In this document: positions 54,406 to 64,000 of the stretch, piece after piece
Numbering within the stretch: position 1 is the first letter of the stretch
Layout of the letters: the number at the start of each line of letters is the position of its first letter
Source: Eledone cirrhosa
Taxonomy: Eukaryota
Direction: 5' to 3'
DNA length: 64,000 nt
Assembly (NCBI GenBank): GCA_964016885.1
Contig: OZ024741.1
Span: forward strand, 202,864,001 to 202,928,000
Notes under the pieces: model-generated
Database searches by the model: none
Seen by the model: only the letters and a program-made list of their open reading frames with translations
Told to the model about the DNA's origin: nothing
Made by a program: the position numbers and the translations under genes

Positions 54406-55814
54406 ACATGGTAGTTCCTTAATGGAAGGGACTGCCTAACGCAACTCCTGCTCACTTTGATGACATTTTAAGAGCTTTAGAAGAGGACTCCAACACTGAT
54501 GTCATATACCTCGATATCATCAAGGCTTTTGGAGAGGTTGATCACAACATTCTACTGAAAAATTATCCAACATTGGTGTCTCTGGAAAGTTATTGCAATG
54601 GATCAAGTGTTTCTTGACAAGCAGAGTCCAACATGATGTAATCAAAGGAGTACAATCAATCCCTGCCAAAAGTCAGTAGTGGCGTCCAATAAGGCAATGT
54701 GTTGGGCCCTCCTGCCGAGGTTAACTTTGCCTTTCATCCTTACGGGGTCGATAAAATAAAGTACCAGTAATGACCTTGTGCCAAAAGTAGAAACAATTAT
54801 TTATATCAATGACTTTCCTGACGCCATCAAGCACAGTAACATAAGAATCTGTGTAGATGATTCCAAGCTCCAGAATGTCATCAATGGTGTGGGAGACTGG
54901 ACATGCCTTCATTCAGACCTACCGGCTGTTATCCAATAGGCTCAGAAAACAAAACAATATGCTGCTGAACGAAGATAAATACGAACTATTCCACTTTGAA
55001 AAAGAGGATGCACCGAAACTCTCATACTCCCTTCCCTCAGGTGAAACTCTCGTGGCATCCAACAACATCAGAGAATTGTGAGTAATTGTTGATAACGACA
55101 TAAGCTGGCCCACTCATATAAACAGCAAAGTTGACATGACCCACACGATATGTTCCTGGATTCGCAGAACTTTCCAGTCAAGAGATATCCACATCATTAT
55201 CTTTCTCTTCTCTACTTTTATTCGACCCCACCTTGAATACTGTGGTCCGCTGTGTTCTCACCACACGAAATAAAGTATTATAAAAATTGAAGCACCTCAA
55301 AAGTCAATCACAAAAAAGATACATGGCATGACAGGCCTTGCCTATTGGGGTCGACTAGAAAAGCTGAAACTATACTCTCTCCAATGCCGCCGTGAGCGTT
55401 ACATTATCTGCATGATGTAGAAAACAGTCCATCAGCATTGCCCAGCCCAAATGATGTTAGTATGATCATTAAAATACTTCTATAGCTTAAGCCCCGTGCT
55501 ATCCACACATAACAAAATTCGAACTCGCGTCTCATAAAAACATTACAACATAATTATTTCAACTTAACTGGTACCACTCTCTATAGCATTGTACTAAAAC
55601 ACATAAGAAGAAAAACAAATCCCACATAGTTCACAGTCTTTGGACAAATTCCTTCAAGATATTCCGGATAAACCTCCTACACCAGGATATGTCACCGTAA
55701 ACAATAACACTCTACTTCAGGGGGCCATGGTGACCAAATCCTGATTTGAAAGACTTCTCCTGGTGGTTCTATTAAGTTAGACATAGCCTGGGGCCAATAC
55801 TGGAAACCTATCAA

Positions 55815-55817
<3 letters not shown>
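54406..55817 (+). mobile_element. CR1-clade LINE fragment, older copy of the 6073-8009 family, interrupted by a SINE fragment at about 54713-54800
   Basis: Colinear with about 6680-8000 with many stops; same 3' end GCCAATACTGG..AAACCTATCAAAG then (TA)n; (TAC)n on the 5' side. Confidence 0.9.
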
Positions 55818-55871
<54 letters not shown>

Positions 55872-55872
<1 letters not shown>

Positions 55873-56096
55873 GAAATTAGAAAATAGAATAGCTTTCACC
55901 GCATTTTTTGACTAAATAAATTTTAGTCTGATAATGGGGTTTAGAACCCTCAGATAAATGAAAAAAGATGAGTATTGACGTACATGTACATCAATACTCA
56001 TCTGTTTCCATTTATCTGAGGGTTCTAAACCCCATTATCAGACTAAAATTATTTAGTCAAAAAATGCGGTGAAAGCTATTCTATTTTCTAATTTCA
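55872..56096. repeat. About 225-bp near-perfect palindrome without spacer
   Basis: TGAAATTAGAAAATAGAATAGC... centred on GTACATGTAC ...GCTATTCTATTTTCTAATTTCA; lies between (TA)n and (CA)n. Confidence 0.95.
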
Positions 56097-56121
56097 AAAA
56101 CTGCTCACTGTTTCAAAACAT

Positions 56122-56233
<112 letters not shown>

Positions 56234-56311
56234 ACACACATATATATATACAAAGATATAATGAAAGAGTGAAGAATAACATGGTCAAAAGTACAAAAAG
56301 GGTTTTATTTA

Positions 56312-56423
56312 CAGTATTAATAATTGTTTCATTAGTTAAGTTGTCTTAAAATTGCCAATCACTTGAAGTTGTGTCACTCAATTTTAAATACGATGTATGC
56401 TTAACCAAATCATTAGATAACTG
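56312..56423 (-). ncRNA. Mutated hammerhead copy in the inverted 5' pseudo-LTR
   Basis: Reverse complement of 59732-59843 with core CTAATGA (G5A) and a helix III change. Confidence 0.5.
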
Positions 56424-59400
56424 AAAAAAATTATACACAGCGTTTACAAATTCAAATTACAACATCATTAATAAAGAAAGCAAAAGAAAAAGAAGAAAAA
56501 AAAACGATAGAGAGAAAAAAAGATAGATAGGAACTCCCGAGAACTCATACACTCGCTACCTAAAGAAACCTCTTGCTGAGTCAAACAACGCCGTACGCTA
56601 AAACTATCCACAATACGGAGTATTCACAACCTCTAACTGGATTATCTATAACGATAACTTATTATCCCTTATACCAAGCTCCCGCTAGGTTGAGCAACAA
56701 CCTTAATGTACGACACTAACATGGAAAGACACCACATAGGCATGTCCTTAAAAAACATACCTATACCTACAAACAGGGAATATACACTCGGTATTATACA
56801 AAGAACTAATGACTTTATCCGTCGAATCCGATGGAAAGCATATCATTACGATAAAGAACATACTAGTAATAATAGTGGTAGTAATAGTAATGATAAGAAT
56901 GATGAATTTACCAGTGAAAAATATGGGTTCAAATCCTGCAAATATCCACCGAACAACCCCCAACTTGACGCCTTTGAAAATGACCTCATGATAAACGGAA
57001 CCAAATTCAAAATACGGACGCATTACAACAAACTGCAAAATAACATCAATGCACTACTAAAAAAATTGCGTAACACCAACGGTATTATAGTAAAAGCAGA
57101 CAAAACATCAAACGTATACACCATGAGCATACATACAATAACTTTATACGCCGGGAATTACACAAAAAATACAAGAAAACTACAGAGTCTACACTCAATA
57201 GCATTAATAAGGAAGGACTTAACATAGTAAAAAGACTCAAAATATCTGATAGAACCGAACCTCTGACCCCTTGTAAACCCACTTTTAATAAATGCAACTT
57301 CGAAACTGACCCTACTATTAGATTAATATGCCCATCAAAGTCGGATATAGGTAGAATTAGCAAGTATATACTAGATAGAATAATACCACAAATTAAAGGC
57401 AAACTAATAATTAAGCTTTGGGGTAACACTAATGAAGCAATAGATTGGTTTAGCAAATTAGACAATAAGGAAACTTCTGACTTCATACAATTTGACATCA
57501 ATGACTACTACTCCTCTATTTCGCCAGTCACCCTAAATAAGGCACTAACCTTTGCACAAAAAAAAACTCGGACCTATCATCCGATGAAATTAAAATAATA
57601 CTAGCTGATAGAAGAACAATCATTAGGTTCAATAATAGTTACTGGGAAAGAAAAAATAGACAAAATAACTTTGATATCACTATGGGATCTAACGATTCAG
57701 CTTAAATAACGGACATGGTCGGAATTTATATAGCACATATCTTACATAAGGAATTTGGTAACCTCCAGGGAGGAATTTATAGAGACGATACATTACTTTT
57801 AGCTAAAAACTTAAATAATCAAAACTTGGAAAGATTACGTAAAAAGATTAGAACCTTCTTCAAAAAATTAGGCCTAAACATCAGTTTCGAACTCAACTCT
57901 AAAAAAGCTAACTTCTTAGATGTATCACTCAACCTAGACACAAGACTAATAGAGCCCTTCCATAAAAATAACGAAAATCTTGCTTACATTAGTTATAACT
58001 CAAACCACCCTCGCTCCATAATTAACTCCATAGCACATAGTATATCCCTTAGAATTTCACGCTTATCTTCTAACCTAGAGATTTTTAATGAACACGCTAA
58101 CTACTACAACATAGCTTTACTTAAAGCAGGCCACACAGAGAGGTATACCAGATACATACCAGATACAAACAACAACAACACACTTAACAGCAATAACACC
58201 ACCCTCACCTATAGAAATAACAAATATAAGACTAAACATAGAAATAGGTAATGAGCACCAGAAATAATTGAACCGAATACTAATATAAGGACCCCTAGGA
58301 ACTATAGAAGACCCAGAGATAGAAAATACTTATGGTTCAATCCAATATTTAATTCCTCTATAGAAACCAAACTACCTTCTATATTCTTTAAATTAATTGA
58401 CAAGCACTTCCCTAAATTTCACAAATACCATAAAATCTTTAATATCAAACTATCTTACTCTACTGCAACCAACATAGAATCACACATACAGAAAATTAAG
58501 TATAAAAGAATCTCTAATACAAATAGCCTCCAAACAAGCACCATAACACCAAATACAAAACACATTCACATAAAAAAATCACAACCACACACACCTCAGA
58601 ATACATCACAACAATACATCAACAAACCCAAATCTCAGCCCATACATAACAACATACAAAACCGCATCGCTGAACCGGCACATAGGAAGGCCTCAAAATG
58701 TAACTGTTACTTACCGGATAAGTGCCCACTACAAAATAGATGCCTTGAATCTAATATAGTGTGCCTATGTACTATAAATTCAGGCAACTTAGCATGGCAC
58801 TACATAAGTTCTACGACGGGCGAGTTAAAAAAACCTTGGTACGTCCACAGACATTCTATAAAGAACCGTAAACTAATGAATACAACAATGCTCGCCAATA
58901 AAATCTGGTAGCTTAAAGATACAAACCAAGAATACAGGATTAACTGGTCTAAATTGTCAGGGGCAATGGCCTACAAAATTCGTATGTCCCACTGTAGACT
59001 TTATAATATGGAATTATTCCATATTTTAAAATATGACAAAATGCTGCCTAACAGCAAAATTGAACGGTCAATTTTCTGTAGACATAAAGCAGCAAATAAA
59101 TTCGATAATTTCAAACCAACTTGAATCGACCCAACAATTCCATAATTAAAATTATACCACCTGAGTCTATTATAATAACCCATTATCATAATTGTTGTTA
59201 TTATTGTTATTAACTGTCAATGAATCAATATCATAACCTATGATATTTTTTCTCTTTCGTTTTCAATCTTTCAATTTCATTCCCTAAATATATTTCATCT
59301 CTTACACTATACCCTATCGTATTATCTTCACTTCTAATATAACTTCCAATTTATTAATTAATTAATTTAACTAATACATATATGAATATATTTAATATTT

Positions 59401-59731
59401 TCATGTTTATACCATCATATCTTTACATTTTAACCACCAATACCACAACTATTTTCAACAATCATATTATATTCATTTTCTTCGCACATATATAACATTT
59501 ATTTATTTATTTTTTATCATCTTCGCTATAACTTATTTATTATTATTCATTTATTATCACTACTTTTATTTTTCTCTCTATTTTTCTTTTTCTTTATCTT
59601 TTTTCTTTATTCTTTTTTTTATTCTTTCTTTCTTTCTCTTTTTTCTCTCTATCTTTTTCTTCTTTCTTCTTTTTCTTTCTTTATTAATGATGTTGTAATT
59701 TGAATTTGTAAACGCTGTGTATAACTTTTTT

Positions 59732-59843
59732 CAGTTATCTGATGATTTGGTTAAGCATACATCGTATTTAAAATTGAGTGACACAACTTCAAGTGATTAG
59801 CAATTTTAAGACAACTTAACTAATGAAACGATTGTTAATACTG
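59732..59843 (+). ncRNA. Type I hammerhead ribozyme with extended stem II in the Penelope 3' pseudo-LTR
   Basis: CAGTTAT CTGATGA t TTGGTTAAG..TTAAAATTG..CAATTTTAA..CTTAACTAA t GAAAC gatt GTT aATACTG. Confidence 0.65.
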
Positions 59844-60049
59844 TAAATAAAACCCTTTTTGTACTTTTGACCATGTTATTCTTCACTCTTTCACTATTAT
59901 TACTCCAAGATTAACTTACATAGGAACTCCCGAGAACTCATATACTCGCTACCTCTTGTTGAGTCAAACAACGCCGTACGCTAAAATTATCCTCAATACG
60001 GAGTATTCACAACCTCTAACTGGATTACCTATAACGATAACTTGTTATC

Positions 60050-60127
<78 letters not shown>

Positions 60128-60132
<5 letters not shown>

Positions 60133-61063
60133 TTTACATATATATATATACATACACATACATATACGTGTTTTGCAACCGGTCACTTTGTGGCTCAATG
60201 AAAAATTAATAAATTAAACAATCAGAGCTATATATCATAAAACATGTCTATAGAATCACAAGATAAAATATATACTATTTCCTCTCCCAATTAGCATAAT
60301 TAACTATATAAAAAATCGAATAGACCAGGCTATAAGAATGAGGCTTCTATGAAGGAATCTCCGACAAATAACCAAAACTAGCGCTTTGCGTCGGCTGTAG
60401 TGGAATATTTATCGAATATTTCGACAGCGTAATCGCCTAGATACAGTCAACTAAGCAGAATTAGGTTTAAAATAAACTAGGAGAAAATAGAATACATTTA
60501 AATACCTCTACCATGGTTTCGTCCGTGTTTTGAGTTTTCCAATAATTATGTAATAATTATATAAACTCGAGCGCTGGATTCTTCAGGAAGCTCGCTCATA
60601 TCTAGACATTAAATTTTCAAAAACGATCGCGCCAAGAATTCATTTCAAAATGGCTAAAAATCGTGACGTAGTCGCGGTCAAGTTGGAAGGGTGTGGTATT
60701 TGCTTACGACTGGTGGCATTTTTGCTAGAAAGCACAGCACAATACAGCCAAATTTTTATCTCAACCTAGTGGGAGATTATTTCATATAAAAGCTTACATA
60801 TATATATATACATACACATACATATACGTGTTTTGCAACCGGTCACTTTGTGTGGCTCAATGAAAAATTAATAAATTAAACAATCAGAGCTATATTCCAC
60901 TACAGCCGACGCGAAGCGCTAGTTTTGGTTATTTGTCGGAGATTCCTTCATAGAAGCCTCATTCTTATAGCCTGGTCTATTCGATTTTTTTATATAGTTA
61001 ATTATGCTAATTGGGAGAGGAAATAGTATATATTTTATCTTGTGATTCTATAGACATGTTTTA

Positions 61064-61067
<4 letters not shown>
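60128..61067 (-). mobile_element. About 660-bp hammerhead-bearing unit with terminal redundancy and an inverted segment, flanked by (TA)n
   Basis: 60128-60233 repeats at about 60788-60893; 60230-60408 is inverted at about 60891-61067; homologous to the 13320-13600 element. Confidence 0.8.
60504..60591 (-). ncRNA. Type I hammerhead ribozyme with long stem II
   Basis: Minus strand GCTTC CTGAAGA aTCC..GAGTTT..ATAATTAT..ATAATTAT..AAACTC..GGAc GAAA CCATGG TA GAGGT. Confidence 0.75.
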
Positions 61068-61131
<64 letters not shown>

Positions 61132-61133
61132 AT

Positions 61134-61201
<68 letters not shown>

Positions 61202-62289
61202 ATTTGAAGACTAAAATCCAAAAAAGGGCTCGATAAGGATAAATATATATCAAATATATAAGAACCGTAGAGCAAATATTTATTAAAATAACAGATTAAA
61301 ATTTAAGGAAAGAATCGCTGCTTTCACCCTTAACGGGATCTTCTAAAAAAACTAAAAAAATCAATCTGTGAACGCATAAGTAAATATTTCGAAAAACGTT
61401 GCAACCGAAGGAAGACAGAAAGACGATACTTTAATTCAAGGAGACGTTCCCTGGCAAAGAACGAAAAAAAAAACGAAGATAATACGTCATTATTTGGAGC
61501 GGTGAGAACAAATACACGCAAAGACAAAATCACGTTTATGGTATAACTGAAGTCGTAGACTAAAATTCTATTTAGGAAACCGAATGATTCTCGGCTACAG
61601 AGTTAAGAATAATGTAAATAAATTACAGAGGTTATTGAAATCAACAATAATTAAATAAATATATACATGCACGCATCCATATACGTACATACACATGCAT
61701 ACGCGAAAACACCCGCCATAGGTATGCAAATACAGGCACGTACACAAAAACACGCGCACACATACAAAAACCCACGCAACGCCTGTACCCGCACACATAC
61801 GAACGTATACACCAAATACACATAGTACATATATAAACAAATATATATATGTGTGTGTGTGTGTGTGTGCGCGCGTATATATATAATTATATAAACGTAT
61901 ATAAATATACACACATAAATACGTATATAACGCGCGCAAACACATACTTACATGTAAATACACATATGTTCGCTAAACGTACGTCAAACGAAACACAAAG
62001 TACACATATACACACACAATACATACGTGCAAACCCGCATACACACACAAACACAAAACTCACGTATACACATAACCATATACACATGTACCAGTATATA
62101 TAATATAATATATACGCCTATAACAAATACAAGCAAATATACGTTCGAAAAAGTATACGTACCTTCACAAAACATACAGGTAATATATACTTACCTATAC
62201 AAATAAGTAATGGTATAAACATAAAAGATACTTAGCTAACACATCAAGACGTAAGAAATCCGCGCATAGTTCGTACTATCCGTTAGGGT

Positions 62290-62995
62290 ATAATGTGGGG
62301 CTGTAATACAGGAAAGTTTTGTGCAATTTATGTTTACAAGCCGAAATTTCCTCAGATTTTTTGTTTAAGATGTGGTCATTGGCGTAGAGTATTTCCAGGG
62401 CTTCAGCGGCGCAGAGGTCACATGGTCTTTTATTTCCGTTATACGATCTAGCTTAGGCTAGGATCTCCGAGTGTAACCTATATTGGGCGTGGTTGTCTTT
62501 TAGACTCCAGATATAAGCTGAAAGTGACGTCATATTCCTTCTTAAAGGGTTAAGAAAAGAATGGGTATGCATGTAAAGACGCTGCTTGAATCTATTGGCG
62601 GTTAACCATATGTAGGCCCTACGGGACGTGGGTGTTTCAACCTTACATTTGTAGACAATATTACATGAGAGGCATTTCCCGGATAGGGGGCAGTCAACCC
62701 GATTCCTACAATTACAGTTAATACTAGCTACAGGGTTACACATGTTCCTACGGCTAGGTAGTTTAGCTAAATTTGAAGCAGTGATGTTATGTGCAAGGTT
62801 AGGAGTCGTAGAGTAAGAAATTTTAATGGTATTTCTATTAAAAAATTTATTATATTTATGTGCTGGGGGAAATGCTTCATAATGAGGGAGAGAAAGATCT
62901 TAGCTAATGGTGTGGCCACCTCCATATTATATGGTGGGTTATACCATATAAATAATGCGTCGGGATCTATTTTTACTAGGTCTATGCTCATACTC
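62290..62995 (-). mobile_element. Penelope-like element 3' fragment (GIY-YIG)
   Basis: IWYNPPYN; CNCRNRVDCPLSGKC..NIVYKC..YIWLTANRFKQR..TSLSAYIWSLKD. Confidence 0.9.
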
Positions 62996-63074
62996 GGTAT
63001 AAGACCCCGTTAAGGGTGAAAGCAGCGATTCTTTGCTTAAATTTTAATCTGTTATTTTAATATATATATATGTG

Positions 63075-63122
<48 letters not shown>

Positions 63123-63319
63123 CACATATATATATAATATACATATATATATAATAAATAGAGAATGTACATTTAAAATCGTCTCTCTTCCTTATCAATA
63201 AGGTTGATACCTTATTGATAATACTTTAAGGAACACAAGTCGTAGAGTGCTTTACTCTGTTTACGACTGAAGTCGGTGGATTTGTTTGATCAACCAACTT
63301 TTCTTCACTTGAATAATAT

Positions 63320-63535
<216 letters not shown>

Positions 63536-64000
63536 CTACATCTTACTAAAGCTATACACGGAAACGGTAGGGCCACATACACTGGCAGATTCGGTTACCG
63601 AAAACCGAATATTATGAGAAATATAGACTTCTTTCCTTTGTTTCTTACACTGAAAAAGTATTTAAAACAAATAAATAAATGTATAATAAGGGTGACTAGA
63701 CTGTTTGAATGGAATTCGGACAACAATGAACTTGTAGTGTCACTGAGAAACGTTGAAAGGTTGTACATATTTTTAGCATTTTAACTGATGGAATGAAGAC
63801 ATAAAATGTAGGTCAGTTTGTCTTTCTCCATGATTTGAGAAGTGTAACGTAATGAGCTGTGGAGGAATTATTCTATAATAGCAACTACAAATATTACAGA
63901 CAAAAGAATGTTGCTTAAAGTCTCTATTTCAACACTGGTCCTTGATGGGATCATATAGAACAATGATTCTCAACCGAGGGACACTTGACTCCCAGGGAGG

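Larger units (their letters stand above)
56262..60055 (+). mobile_element. Near full-length decayed Penelope element with inverted and direct pseudo-LTR parts
   Basis: SLKNIPIP, IRWKA, KADKT, QFDI, GIYRDD, NFLDV, WFNP, CNC..CPL and GIY-YIG remnant; 56262-56500 inverts 59660-59895; 56530-56672 repeats at 59922-60055. Confidence 0.93.

Noticed and set aside
61545-61600. Hammerhead-like CTGAAGT...GAAACCGA..TCGG
   Set aside because: Core, cleavage triplet and helix I all deviate
63958-64000. hAT-like terminus CAATGATTCTCAACC
   Set aside because: Imperfect, at the window edge, no partner TIR visible

Overview
AT-rich animal genomic DNA dense in microsatellites. The SINE/LINE repertoire suggests an octopus or other coleoid cephalopod (inference). 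No host protein-coding gene is recognisable; most listed ORFs are microsatellite artefacts. The window is a mosaic of decayed retroelements: at least 7 Penelope-like (PLE) fragments (one near full length with pseudo-LTRs), CR1, RTE, R4/Dong-like and CRE LINEs, many tRNA-derived SINEs, Helitron/MITE remnants, minisatellites and fold-back palindromes. Two signals are hidden from the ORF track. First, about 14 type I hammerhead ribozyme (HHR) motifs of several families were found by eye. They include a 3 x 478-bp tandem array with one minimal HHR per unit (retrozyme-like), a 321-bp repeat family whose HHR has a U3-A8 core variant with covariation between copies, and a long-stem-II family. Second, RTE and R4/Dong-like elements sit head-to-head across (TATG)n tracts three times, one case involving a tandem pair of short internally deleted RTE derivatives. 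All folds are hand-derived and untested; element boundaries are approximate.
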